DNA of 63,446 bases, the filler included, from Folioceros fuciformis (taxonomy: Eukaryota), in assembly GCA_049999805.1 (NCBI GenBank). It is 11 parts of 11 records of this genome, joined end to end, with 100 filler letters (N's around TTAATTAATTAA, not from the genome) between each part and the next. Parts side by side here need not be neighbours in the genome. Positions count along the whole stretch, not along the records: positions 18,310 to 36,055 come from JBNGIO010003521.1; positions 36,156 to 39,907 come from JBNGIO010003523.1; 9 more parts are not named here. The stretch is one strand, 5' to 3'. The position numbers and the translations under genes are program-made. This document shows, in pieces, positions 24,480 to 36,840 of this stretch; the first letter of the stretch is position 1; each line of letters opens with the position of its first letter. Under the pieces are notes generated by a model. It saw nothing but the letters and a program-made list of their open reading frames with translations. It had not been told where the DNA came from and searched no databases.

Positions 24480-25603
24480 TGGAAATTTGATTTGGGTCTC
24501 GTAATTGTCAAAGGGTTTAGGGTTTATGTCACTAGGATGGGTACTCCTTCTCTAACTTTCCTAACTAGTCTCAAGAATTTGGATAATTGTACACCAGCGC
24601 TTAGGAACATCATAGGTCTAGGTACCTTTAAACATGTCCTCGTCGATTTGGACAAAATAGTAAGCATCTTTACTAGCCCTACGGGAGCATTAGCCTGGTG
24701 CCCATGGAGGCCTAAGCATCAATGGCCTTCCTTGATAGCTAGGCCCTCTCCTCTCCTAATAGAGGATTTCATCTCAAGTGTTCCGGAGAGGTTTTCCCTT
24801 GATGGATGTCTTTGGGGCAAGCTGAAGACTCTTTACCTTTGGAGGCTGAAGAGCCTATATCACATTTTTCCTATGCATGCTTCTCTAAGAAAGGTTCCTA
24901 AGCATGCCTTCTCTAAGAAAGGGACGCAAGGTCTTCAGGCTTAAGCGCAACAAAGCAGCATGTGCAAGCACAAAGGACCTTTCTCCAAGGCACATCCACG
25001 CTCAACTCTTCTTAGGCTCATATCCACTCTTGTTCAAGAAAGGGATCAAATAGGAGCTAGGTATTCAACTTGCATTCAAGCTTTTCAAATTGCATCAACT
25101 ACTTTCGCAACTACAACAAGATTCTACCTATGTTTAGTCCATCCTTAAGCCTTTTTTCTCTACACGTAGACTCTAGGTTCCATTTGGCATGTTATTCTAT
25201 TGAGGGGTCACACATTATCGCACGTAATGTCATTCTGATATTATGTTCTCGATGCCTAGGGAGTGTAATGTCGTTTGTGATGTCATGTTCTTAATGCCTA
25301 TAGAGTGTGGGTTTCCTTTGTATAGTGAGTGCCCATCAGGAATCTTGCAGGTTGAGCAGCGAAGGATTGTACGACAACCAAGGTCCAGAAGTACTCTCCC
25401 TTGTAGGACGAGCATATCTTCATCCCCTTACTCTTAAGACTGTCGTGCTCCCAGCATCAGCTGGTGTAAGCACTTTAGTTCAGTCCATCAGCTACAAGGC
25501 TAATAGCTGGTGTAAGCACTTTAGTTTAGTCTATCAGCTGCAAGGCTAATAGCTTGTGTACTGAGAAAAAGGAAACACAAAGACTATCCATACCACTCAA
25601 GAT
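24480..25603 (+). mobile_element. decayed CRE-clade retrotransposon fragment, copy 2
   Basis: Aligns by eye with 2640-3720 and 46330-47060 (ISSVPE..FPL, TCIQAFQIASTTFAT..RF.L.L.HP). Contains a ~47-bp tandem duplication at ~25456-25560. Confidence 0.65.
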
Positions 25604-27025
25604 GCTAGGCTGCTCACATACGCCATAGCTGACTTCGCGTCGTAAAATTGCAAGAAGGGGCTGCCCTCATCAGAGTGCCCAAAGTTGGTAAGTCGCTAGC
25701 TAATTAATTAACCTATGTAATTAGGATGATTATTATTAATTAATCAGCCTGAATTAGCCAAGCATGAAACATGTGGGTTCGTTTAGGGCTTGGAAGTGAG
25801 GCGTGTGATGCTGGACGATGGCGAACGTGAGTGACTGGGCAGCTCGGACATCATTGCGCAAAATGGATGTGAGGTTGTGAGTATGGACGGCATGGCGCCG
25901 ACGGTGTGGAGTGAGACCGCAGGCAATGGCCAAGAGCAAGAGTGGCACAGATGAGTACCGAACTGCAGGGCTTAGCTAGGTAGTTGTTAGAAGTTCTCAG
26001 GTGGCAGCCTGCTGCGGCGCGCAGCTTGGACCTTCCCGTGTAGCCAGCCAGGCTAAGGGACATGTGATATGCTTTGTGACTTCTCAGGAATCAAAGCAAG
26101 TCGTGAGCGTCATAACTTGTGTGGTTTGAGTGTGTCGTGTTGATGTTGGGCTAAGGACTTACTGCAACTTACCGAATCTGGTTTGCTAGGGCGGTGTGTC
26201 TGAGGGTGAAGGGTTGCAAGGACGGGATCGGTGGGCTGCATCCAAGAAAAGGGGGCTCCCATCGTGAGCCCAACACCGGTCTTACCCATAAATGTGAGTT
26301 GGTTCCATGAATTCTAAGCGAATCGGACAGGAGGGCTTCGCGTGGTCTTCATGTCGACTATCCAGGATCCCGTAGGGTGGAAGCTCACTTCGTGGCTTAT
26401 ACCAGAGGGATCGTTGTTTGTGGGCGATGCTGAGACGGGGTTGCGGTGCTGAGGGCGTGGCAGTTCCTTTGCGAACCCTCATCCGATGTGTTCTAGTTGC
26501 GGGGTTGCACGGCATGAGTTGCTGATCAAAATTACGAAGCCAAGCTCACCTGAATCGAGGATTGCTGAGGTGCTGGGTTCCAGTCGTACGAGGAAGCGGA
26601 CCAGGCTCTGAAGCTTATGCGTGGAATCAACGCAGCGCGGGCGTAGGACCAGGGGCATCTCAGATACTCATCGAGCTGGGGCTGCCGGTGTCTTGTGCGT
26701 GCGACGATGTGGTGTGAGTGCAAGCTGGGTCCAACACTAAGTGTCCGAGCTGGGCAAGTTGCCGCGACCTTCCACTCGGATTGAGACTCGGGGCTCTCGT
26801 GGTGGCGCCGGCAAGCAGAGAGATTTAGGTCATGATTGCTAGAGATAGGAGTGGATTTGAGGGTCTACTGGTGTTTACAAGTTGGCTGATCTGGGTGGGT
26901 TGTGCCCGTGGGTGCTACGCCCGTGGGTGTTGTGAAACTGGGATTATGCTACGATGGTTCACTGTGTGCGATTTTGCCCAAGTTTTGAGTGAACAAGACA
27001 CATTAGCGCTCCTTGCACTGTGACA
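25604..27025. mobile_element. unclassified insertion, possibly a solo LTR
   Basis: GC-rich non-coding block ending TGTGACA, lying between two CRE fragments. No TSD found. Confidence 0.25.
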
Positions 27026-27269
27026 GTGTTGCTCTCGTGTAGTTAATCACATCACGGTTTAGGGTTTAGGGCCATTAACCCTCTCACATAATCTAGATTG
27101 AGTTAGTCTTTTTACCTATTATTCATCTAATTACCTATGACTAAATCAACTAATTTAGGTTGAGTTAGGTTAACCACCTATTATCTAATCAGTTGAAAGT
27201 CATTGTATTCCACTAAACTATCACGTTTGCCATAACCATCTCCCATAAGTGGATTTTTGCCATAATTTC

Positions 27270-27850
27270 ATGACAAGACCTATCGGGCCATGAGACTTTA
27301 TAAGACTTACAAAGGAGGGTATGAAGATGTATCATAGTCACAAGAATGGGGTTATTCCCCTTTTGTTAGTAATAGCCAGCTTTCAACAACAGGTATCCAT
27401 CCTTCTTGCCGTTGAGACCTATGGGGTTGTGAGACAATTCCAAGCTTGTAAAGGATTATGTGAAGTATCATTTGATCAAGAATGCTATTCCCTTTTTTCT
27501 CGATGGTAGCCTTTTTTTTGAACATCGTGTATTTATTGCTTTGCAAAAGATAATTGACTTTGACTAGACCATATTGATCCGTGTATCCATTGCTCTACAA
27601 AAGACAAGTGACATTGACAAAACTACTTTGACCAGTACATTAACAAGTGACATTAACCAATGTGATCTTTAGCACACATTAACCAATGTGATCTTTAGCA
27701 CATCAATAACTACAGGTTTAGCAACTTCATTGGCACCAATGGCATCACGGCATCATGGAAGTGGTAGGTAGTTATGGGAATGATATTTGAGGGGGGTATT
27801 CCTTTTTCTACCCTTAGCCCTCTTTAGGTTATTCTCTTCATTTTTTTTTA
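27270..27850 (+). mobile_element. CRE-clade 3'-end fragments (two tandem RLE ends)
   Basis: Two successive matches to 3750-3895 (..ACCTAT.GGG...TATCATAGTCA; ILLAVETYG...RVFIALQ), followed by the 3' UTR seen at 3990-4080. Confidence 0.6.
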
Positions 27851-28151
27851 AGAATCCAGGCGATTTGCAGTTAGTGTAGTTTTTGGACCCCAGGTTTGCT
27901 GTGCTTAGCCCTTCGTCTGCACTAATATAGTGCATAGGCCGTTGAAAGCAAGGAGGAAAGGTGGTTAGACCAAGAATGTGCACGAGTAGGGAAGGCCAGC
28001 TTAGGATGTAAACATAGTTTCAGTTTAGAAGCATATTGAACAAGTTTACCTGTCTTTCTGTCCCCCTTTTGCATTCTTTGTCCACGGAACAGGCTGCAGC
28101 CATAGCCAACAAGAAGGAACGTGTGTAGGCGAGGCTCGGAGTGTTCAGACC

Positions 28152-28843
28152 ATGGGGTGGACGGAAGTTTGGGTCACCCTGGGGCCGGGATTGGCTGGCG
28201 CCGTGTTCGGAGGAGGCTGGTGGTTTTGGGTGGACGCCGTCGTGTGCAGCGCCATCACTGTCCCTTTCGTCCATTACCTCCCAGGTTGCTAGCAGGCTTT
28301 GTGCTTCCCGCTGGCGAATTTTGCTCGCCTCCGTCTGGCTTCTCACACCGCTTGCAATGGGATGGGCGTGGCAGGCATTTTCGCATCCTTGGCGGCTCTC
28401 ATGTTCAACTGCGTGAGGAGAGACGAGCTGCAAGATTATTCACCCTACGACGACACAGGCTGCAGGTTTGCCTGCTGCAATATCTCTCGCTTACCCTGTT
28501 TGCTTGCTCTGAGCTGAGCTCACCGCTTTCGTGGCTGGGTTGTGCAGATCCAGGACGTGGCTGTTTCTGGCCTATGTGATATCGTTCGTGTCGCTGGCGG
28601 GGTCTGTGGGAATGTTGGCCAAGGATGCGTTGCAAGCATCAGGCCCGTCCACTTGGACTGGGATCGCAGGTGTTCTTCAGTGCACTTTCATTCTCGTCAG
28701 GTATGGAGCTCGTCACTTGCCTCCTCGGTACTCGTAGGAAGCAAGTGCTGGGGTGGCTGCTGACCAACTGTTTTGATTTCCTGTTGCCTGGTTGCAGTGG
28801 CCTCATGTACTGGACGTCAAGATCACCATCCTCCGAGTACTGA
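28152..28843 (+). CDS. TMEM50/Vps68-like membrane protein (UPF0220)
   Basis: Exons 28152-28284 (MGWTEVWVTLGPGLAGAVFGGGWWFWVDAVVCS...HYLPG), 28375-28465 (IFASLAALMFNCV), 28549-28700 (WLFLAYVISFVSLAGSVG...WTGIAGVLQC), 28798-28843 (GLMYWTS...SEY*). Confidence 0.9.
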
Positions 28844-28953
28844 TCCACAGGAAGATCTTCATCCAGGAGGCTGTGGTCAATAGGTTTTTGTAAGATAAAC
28901 TCGCATTGCATCCATGGGGCCAGGGCAGGGAAGGAGTGTGATATTGTGCTTGT

Positions 28954-30503
28954 TCAGCAGTTGAGGGCCGCCAACTCTGAGGCCCCGGGCGTGATGGCAG
29001 AACACGTTCGGCGGTTGTGCCCCGCCACTCTGCATATGCCGCATAGTTTTCCCTTTTGATTGTTCTTTCGAACATTGTTTGAGGGGCAGGGGTTTCCAGA
29101 TTCTGGCTGTTCTGTGCTCGGATTCGGGCAGTTTCGTTTGAGGTGACCCGTGAGCCCACAATTGCTGCACCGGTTCTTTCTTCTAGGGTTCTTCCTCACC
29201 GCCAGAGGTGTCTTTCTCACAAACCCTGTTGCTGGGCAAAAATGGCTCCTGTGCCCTGCTACCCCACAGGTCTTGCACGTGAATGGCACACCTGCAAGGA
29301 AGGGAGAGAGCAACAGCAATGAGCAGGTGTCAACTTACCACTGTTCAACCTTCCTGTATCAGCCGTCACCTTTCATAGCCAGGCTTCGGTCCAGACGGTT
29401 TTTCGGATCCTGGAAAAACAGTTTTTGCCTCTCTGAGACGCGCTGCCTCGCATGCTCCGCTGATTTTGCTTTCTGCCAATTCTCTTTGAGCAAAACGCCG
29501 TGTACCACTTCCATGTCACAGCACATCTCACATGAAGAAACACGTACCTTGATAGCAGCAGTCCTGTTGGCGCGCTGAACTGGATCCTGATGGAGCTTCT
29601 TCATGCGCCTACTGATCGAACCTGTTCTCCTCTCCAGTTCCTGCAGTCACCAGACTGGATCACACAGTTGAGTCCACCTCTTATCACATCTGCATGAAAA
29701 TGGCCGAAGCCTCGGACGGATGATCGGACCTTGAGAGATCGGCTGATCTTCTCCCTCACTTCACTGGGTGTAGGCTTGTACACACGACCTGCCTTCCTTT
29801 TCGGGCCAGGAGGAAGGTCCATACTTTCGATGACCTCGTCATCCGCTACTTTCAACGGGGAACTGTGGCAAATGACAGCGACAATGAAGGGAGCTTCAGA
29901 CGTGATCTGCCTTGCCTTGCCCGTCGGGTTGCAGCTGCCTGTGCCTCGCTGGCACCAGCAGCAAGCAAGGCAAGGAAGGCATTAGCAGGTACCGAGAACG
30001 AGCACTCTCCCACGCCGACTCGTTCACCGACTCCTCCCATATCACTCTATCTCCCAGACACTGAGGACAAGTCGTCAAGCCCTGCCACGCACCCGCCCAT
30101 CCACCATTTCCCCGGCTCAGTACATCCGCCACACGACCCATTCCAACCTTAACACTCCTTGACACGAGACGACCTTCCCGGAGCACTGAGGGCACTCGGG
30201 TTCCCTGCTGGTGATGCTGCAGGAGGAGCACTTGAGGTAACCCCGGCCTCGGCACGACGGGCAGGGCAGCTCCCGCACGTACTGCCCTTCTGGGCCGTAC
30301 CATGACCGAGGGTTCTTCGCCTCCGAAGACTGAATGCTGCACGCAAGCCCACTACAGAGTGAGCCATGGTACGCACGCCCCGCATTGCGAGGGCTGGCCA
30401 CAGAACCACCCACCTCGAGCTCATGTTCATCCCCAGGCCATACAGATTTTCGAACGGATCCCAGTCCACCTGCCCGCGTTGACAGGAGGAATGTGAGCGA
30501 CAT
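28954..30503 (-). CDS. DnaJ-type zinc finger plus triple CCHC zinc-knuckle protein (conserved plant family); start codon uncertain
   Basis: Spliced pieces WYGPEGQYVRELPCPSCRGRG..CSSC..CPQCSGK / TCPQCLGDRVIWEES / KISRSLK / MKKLHQDP..AAIK / FFQDPKNRLDRSLAMKG / CKTCGVAGHRSHFC, CSNCGLTGHLKRNC, CGICRVAGHNRRTC. Confidence 0.85.
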
Positions 30504-31673
30504 GCAGTCTCCGGAAACAATCCGCGCATCGGATGCAGCCAGCGTACCCGGAATTGCGAGGGACCTTCCGCGTTCTGCGCATAAATTGGAGCCAGAGATG
30601 CCTTCCACCACGCACCCCGCGACCGCAGCAGCGGGGACTTCAAAAGGAGGACATGCATGGCTCTGATGCTCCCGGTGAGCTTCGGGCGGGCCCACGCGTC
30701 TTCGCGCGCGTCGGCGCTCCGTACTTGGACGACCAGAAGGATCAGCAGCGGAGCCGGAGGGAGCAGGACCAGCAGCAGTAGCGGAGATGGCGGCTTGAGC
30801 TTCGTCCGAGGAATGTTATCCATTTAGGTCTGCACGGGTGGTAAGTGAAGGCTCGGCTGATCGAGAGCCTGCGTGTCTGACTGCCATGTCCAGCCCCGCG
30901 AACTCGGATCCTCTACAACAGCCTAACCACAGCAGCAGCCAGGAGCAGCAATCCTGTGGCGACAGCAATGCTCCCAAGCTCGACACAACCGCCGTCCTGC
31001 ATTGGTTACCCGTCCAGGTCCAAACCTGGCTCCAGCACAGTGTGTCCTTCGAACCGTCCCGATTGCAAGGTGTCCAGCATCGCGCGCCTGGAGGAGTCCA
31101 TAATTTGGCTTCCATTTTCCGTGCCTCTTACGGCTGTCCTGCTCTTGCTGTACAGAATTTCTGCACACGTTTCGGCTGGAGAACGTGGATGGACTCGCCC
31201 TGCTCACTCTGCAGCGAGCCCACCGTGCCTGTCAGGCCATGAGCAGTTCCGAGTGGCACATTTTCAAGGTCTGGCTATGTCCGAAAGAATGCTGCAGTCT
31301 TCGTCTTCGCTGGGGTGTGTACCTATTGTACATGGCATGAGCAAGTGTGAGTAATTGTCACCAGTTTGGGTTGGATTGGAACGCTGCATTGTGCCAGATA
31401 GCCCGCAGACGGCTGATTTCTCGAGGGCAAGTAGATGCCTTGTCTGCTCTTAGCAAGGTTACGATTGATGACATTTTCTATTCCCCGTGCTCCACACCTC
31501 CGAGGACTCCAAACAGGTAGTACCGAGAGTGAGCAGATACTAAACATAGGAAGTTGATTCCTCTGTTCTTCGAAGATGAGTGCTCTTCGCTTGTTCCTTG
31601 ACGGTGTGTGCCCCTTTGGTGTCCCAGAAGCAGCAATCGCTCCTTGCTGGAACTGGAGGTAGAGGAGAGGGCG

Positions 31674-32864
31674 ATGCATGGGTCTCCACGGAAAGGGGGC
31701 TGGGGGTTTCGATGGGGAGCCGCAAAGGACGACCAAATTCATGTCCTGCTCGAGCTGTTTGTCCGTGATGAACGAGTTAGGGTTTAGATGACCTTTGCTG
31801 TAACTTACTGGATGAGCTTTGCTCTTGGTGGGCTGCAGATGGAATCTCTGGAGAAAGAAGTGCAGTCGCTTCGAGGCGAGATCGTTGGTGCCGAAGAGCG
31901 TGAAACTACCCTTCAGGCTCAGTGAGTGTAGTGATCAGCAGGCAGGACATACGTCGGTCCCTGATGTACATGCTTGTGTTTGCATCTTCCTGCCCGAAGA
32001 CACGGTTGTGGCACTTCGGTCATTTATGTTTTGCCGTACGTGGGAATTTGGCTGCAGACTGGACCATCTGGATGACGTTCTGAAGACAGCACAGCTTTCA
32101 GGTTACATCCACACCAGGACGGTAGGAGCATCTTCATCCGCCTCTCGTGTGCTTGTAGTTCCGAGACTTTAAAGACTTGCCTGACCTTTGCTTTTGATTC
32201 ATGCATGCTGGATGCAGAGGTGGTCTGCTCTACCACATGAACCGCCTATTGATGACACGGATGTGGATGACTGGCTCTTGAGATTCCTTGTTTTACACGA
32301 TGAATCCGTATGTTTCTACTTGCGTGCAACGGGTGAGTCCCTGCCCGGAGATGGATCGCTGAAGTATACTTGACAGCTTGGGGAGGAGTGAAAGTTATGG
32401 GATGTGCATTCTCACTGCAGGGGTTGGCGAAGTTGTGGAATAAGGATGTGACCTGACCGTGCTTTGGCAGATTTAAGGCCGCAAGGAACGATCTTACTAA
32501 GCGAAATTGTAGAAGCTGGACCTATTCCTCAACACAAGCATCATGGGGGTGATACCCACTGGTTTGCTTTTCACATCACCACTTGCCATGGACTGCGCCT
32601 GGAGTGCTCCTCTCAACTCAAGCTTCAGGTTCTTAACCCTTGTCATTGCTTAAATTTCGGCCCTCTGATTGACTCATGACTTTTTGTGTGATAAGTCCTG
32701 TTCCCTTTTGTTCTGATCTGAAGGTGGAATGCTGGTTGACTTCTCTCGGCGTTGGTCTGGAGAACAACGACCTGGAACGCCGCCTTATAGAAGCACCTCG
32801 TTCAGCTATCTGGCACAAGCTTCTGTGCGATGACGATGATGTGGATGGCAGGTACTCAAAGTAA
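31674..32864 (+). CDS. coiled-coil plus PH-domain protein (conserved plant uncharacterised family)
   Basis: Six GT-AG exons: MHGSPRKGGWGFRWG.. / MESLEKEVQSLRGEI..ERETTLQAQ / LDHLDDVLKTAQLSGYIHTRT / RWSALPHEPPIDDTDVDDWLLRFLVL..FYL / DLRPQGTILLSEIVEAG..FHITTCHGLRLECSS / VECWL..*. The first exon is less certain. Confidence 0.8.
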
Positions 32865-33197
32865 CCGTTAGGAGTTTGCCCTTTCGCGCGCATCATTTGA
32901 AAGACCCAAGGCCTTAACTCATCCTTGTGTCGTGGCTACGAGCTGACAGCAGCGAGGAGGGATCACTCTTCGGCGAACCCGCTCTCCATTGAGTTTCAGA
33001 AGCAAGGGCGGCCCTGCCAACACCGGAATTGCCAGTCCGCCTGTTTAAGTATGGAGTTATTCTGTAAACGTTGCATGTGTATGGGTCTCTTCCAGGATGG
33101 TTGCCTTGCAAGGAGTCTTCTCCGGAGATGGAAGGGTATCTCCAGAACAGCCAAACACCAGGAGGAAGTGTATTAATTCTGTACATAATAACGCGTA

Positions 33198-34185
33198 TCA
33201 ATCTGTGCGGAAGAGCACTCGCCATGCCAGTGTGGCGGATATGAGAGAAGCTAGGCACGCAGCCCCGAGCTGCATGTAAGAGACGTGGAGCTGCATGGCA
33301 AGCGCGTCGAAGGGAGCGTTCCCTGCCATGAGCATCCCCGCCATGGAGCCAGGGAGCGATACTATCCCCGTCGTCTTCAAGGAATCGATCATAGGCGCCA
33401 AGCTCTGCCTGACAGCACGCCGCACATGCAGCCTCACAGCCTGCTCCGCCGTGGCTCCCAATGCCAGAGACGCCTCAATGTGCCCCCTCCTTACCTCCAT
33501 GTCTCGGTGCAACCGGTTCAACGCCCCGCCCACCATGCTCATGCTGTTCCCCACCACGTAGCCCGCGGCCGGGATCAGATGCCGGGGCTGCCATGGGAAC
33601 ACGCGGAGAAGGACACTAAGCCCGACGCAGGCCCCCGCTGCCAGCCCTAGAGACGTCCACGCGATTGCGTGGCTTCCAGGAACCTGCTTCGCCCTATCCC
33701 CCGCAGTGTACCCCGCCGTAGTCACCATGGCTGCGAATCCGGCCAAGCTCATCCAGGGGTTGTCGCTCTGGAACAGGATTTTGAGGAGGAACCCGAGAGC
33801 TACGATCTGGACGGAGGAGCGCAGTACTGCCTCCTGGATTTCCCGCTCCAGGCCCACCTCCAGCCGGTGAGAGAGAAGCAGGGCCGCTGAGACCGGCAGC
33901 AGGGAGCCCAGGAGGCGCGCGCTGCTTCCCGCATGCTCGGCCTGGACCAGGGCAGGTCAGGTCAGTCGGGAGTCGAAGCTTTCAGACGCACCTGGTTCTG
34001 TGTTGCTCACCAGCAAGGAGGTCAAGGAAGCGCGGCACTCGGCGGTCTGTCCCGGCCTCCTCATGGCTACCAGCACCAGCTCCCCGTGCTGCCCTGGTGA
34101 TTGATACCTGAGCCCTGGCAACGGCTTCGAACAGGAGGGCAGGCCGCCCCTGCGGTCTTCGGGTGCCGGTGCCCTCCCCTGCCAT
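33198..34185 (-). CDS. UPF0014 ABC-transporter membrane subunit, ALS3/STAR2-like
   Basis: LEREI..AVLRSSVQIVALGFLL, AGYTAG.RA, LIPAAGYVVGNSM, IEASLALGAT, KTTGIVSLPGSMAGMLMAG. Main exon ~33946-33198; a short first exon (34185-34108) is inferred from phase-compatible splice sites. Confidence 0.85.
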
Positions 34186-35099
34186 GGAGAGATGCGCCGT
34201 TGCACTCTCAAAAATTCCATTGATGACCCACCGTGAGAGTGATGCCTAAATTTCAACCCTTTGCTGAACACGAACAGGGCAGCTACATACAGATGCAACT
34301 CCTTGCACAAGTTTCCTCAACCCGTAAGTTTAATTTATCTAAGGCCGGGGTATTGGCCCTCTTGTTAATGGCACCCGCCAATGGCACCACAGCAGTCGCC
34401 TGAACGAACGTAATAGAGTTTTAAGATAAAAAGGCTTAATGCCTCACGATTGGCGCGAACATAAAATGAATCCCTCTCTTGGCACTGCCCCATGAAAGCC
34501 GTGTTTTTAAGCGTTAGAAATGCTTTATGCGGTTACTTCAGCAGCCGTGTGAAGGATCATTTATTAGGAATATATACTTTTAATAGGCATATATTTCCTT
34601 TACTGTCAAGTGGAGGTATGTAGCTCGAGCTTTAGAGTTTTGATGACTATGTAGTTGCTTCATCTTCAATGGTGACTCTATTGGCACTTGAATTCAACAC
34701 CATACTTGCCTTTATGCGATCAAGCGAAATTGGTGACTTCCATATTTCATTGGCACCTGAATTTAGCACCATGGTGGCTTTAGCACTATCATGTGAAATT
34801 GGTGGTGTTCCTATAATCATGCAAAATTGGTATCATCTTGGTCCACTGTTAGTATCTCCATAAACTTGATTTGCTAACTACTTCCGATGTCGTAAGTATA
34901 CTCTCGCTTGTGTTTTTTCTCATGTGCATCTTGATCTACCAAGATGTTTTGTGCTGCATTAAATATCCCAATTGACCTTCCAACTAGCCATACCAAGCTG
35001 CTTTGCACTCTTAAAAGCTATGGCAAGCATGTTGCATTCTATTGCAAATTTTCTTCGCAATCACCTTGAACATTGCAATTAGTCTTTTGGTGAAGAAAA

Positions 35100-35425
35100 A
35101 GCGACTTGGACAAATGAAGGTACCAGAAGATTGATTGTGTTTGTTTGAAGAGAAGTATTTTCAAGTGAACAAAGGTAATCTAGAGTTAAAACATTGGCAT
35201 GAAATTTGCAACTTGGTTTCTCATACTACTCTTAGACTATTTGTTGCAAGCAATTCAAGGAGAAAGGTAGAGGCACTCAAGAAGAAATGCAAGCAAGAAG
35301 GAGAGAAGGTTAAGCACACATAAGGGGGGACATCAAGCTCTTGCTTTTCTTCGAGCAAGTGAACTCCTTTGTAGGCACAAATCCGAATTCTTTAGCATTC
35401 CAAAATTTATTGATATTGGGAACTT
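35100..35425 (+). pseudogene. decayed Myb/SANT-like (trihelix or Harbinger-type) DNA-binding ORF
   Basis: WTNEGTRRL / LFEEKYFQVNKGNLELKHWHEI / KVEALKKKCKQE / FFEQV across frameshifts in AT-rich DNA. Confidence 0.55.
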
Positions 35426-36155
35426 CATAGTTAATGGAACTTTCGTCACAAATGAGACCCAATTGCTCCAAATTTCATCATTAAGATCTCAACTAGGATG
35501 CTACAACCTCTCCAACCAAGCTTGGTAGCAAACACACAAAACTAATTCTACCTCTGATCTTAGTAGGAACAATAGTGGATATATCCTTGTCCATATGATT
35601 TGCAATTAACACCAAATACTCCTAGCTCTACACCTCGATTTGATCAATGACAACTCCACAACTTTAAGCATGAGATAGAAAGTACCTACACACCTTGTTT
35701 TAATTGATTGCACGCCAATAACTTCATGATTCTCTAAATTTAGTGATGGCGTGTATTCTTGTGAACCTCCAAAGTTTGGGGTAGTAGTTTATTTTGGTTG
35801 AGAAAGGGTTAATAGTGGTATGGCTTGGTTTTCTTTTTCTACTTCTTTTTCCTAATTTTTCTTTATTTTTTGGTCATTTTTCCTATTTTCTTTGTGCTAA
35901 TTAGGTTAATTGACTAGGAAATAGTTGGTTTGGTTATTAGAGTGGGTACAGGTCTGGTCCCAGACATGGGAAAGTTTAGGTCCGGTACCGGGCCATAGGG
36001 TTGGGAAAGTTTGAGTCTAGGTCTGGTGATTAGTTTAATATTAATTAAAGATATANNNNNNNNNNNNNNNNNNNNNNNNNNNNNNNNNNNNNNNNNNNNT
36101 TAATTAATTAANNNNNNNNNNNNNNNNNNNNNNNNNNNNNNNNNNNNNNNNNNNN

Positions 36156-36300
36156 TTTCTATATCTTAGATTGAAAAACAGATGGAAAGTCCCATCTACT
36201 CCAAAGATTGGAGGGACAACCTCATTAGGGCCAAAGGCAAAAAGAGGTATTCTCCCTTGCTAATATCATTTTCAAAAATTAATTACTACTCTCAAAATAT
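36156..36300 (-). mobile_element. CRE-family 3' terminus fragment
   Basis: Matches the reverse complement of ~3990-4115 and aligns directly with 42605-42735 (CCCATCTACTCCAAAGATT...GCCAAAG). Confidence 0.65.
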
Positions 36301-36840
36301 CACATTACACAAGGCAGATAGAATAATAGATAGGACTTTTTCATATCTATGCCACGAAGTTCTATGATGCATGGAAGCTTTGAAATATGATCTTGAAGCT
36401 AGTTCGGGGCCTTCGTTAGGCTCTATTTTGGTAGATGGGTTTCCGTCCCTTTTTTTTAACTCAATCTCTAGTTAATCTGTTGTCGTTCAATGTGCTTTGT
36501 TTGATATGCTAATTCGAAACCGGCTTCATCGAGCTATGGACGTCTTGGCTTAATAGTCCGCTTCACCGCCGCTGAATGTTTTATGCACTTCCCCGGCTGC
36601 GAGCGCCAGCTTGCGGCCCGCACTGCCATCTACCTCTGGCAGCGTGGGCGGGCGCCTCGTTGTATGTNNNNNNNNNNNNNNNNNNNNNNNNNNNNNNNNN
36701 NNNNNNNNNNNNNNNNNNNNNNNNNNNNNNNNNNNNNNNNNNNNNNNNNNNNNNNNNNNNNNNNNNNTAGTTATCCTTGTTGGTGCCTGCAGTTCTCCCG
36801 CGGCACCTAGCCCGAAAACCTCTTGCGTTGGAACGCAGTT

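Noticed and set aside
24511..24526. AGGGTTTAGGGTTT as a telomeric insertion in CRE copy 2
   Set aside because: The homologous position in copy 1 reads CCTAGGGTTTATGT, so it is part of the element's coding sequence (GxRVY-like).
30149..30823. 224-aa minus-strand ORF with hydrophobic N-terminus
   Set aside because: Overlaps the zinc-finger gene out of frame in GC-rich DNA; no recognisable family.
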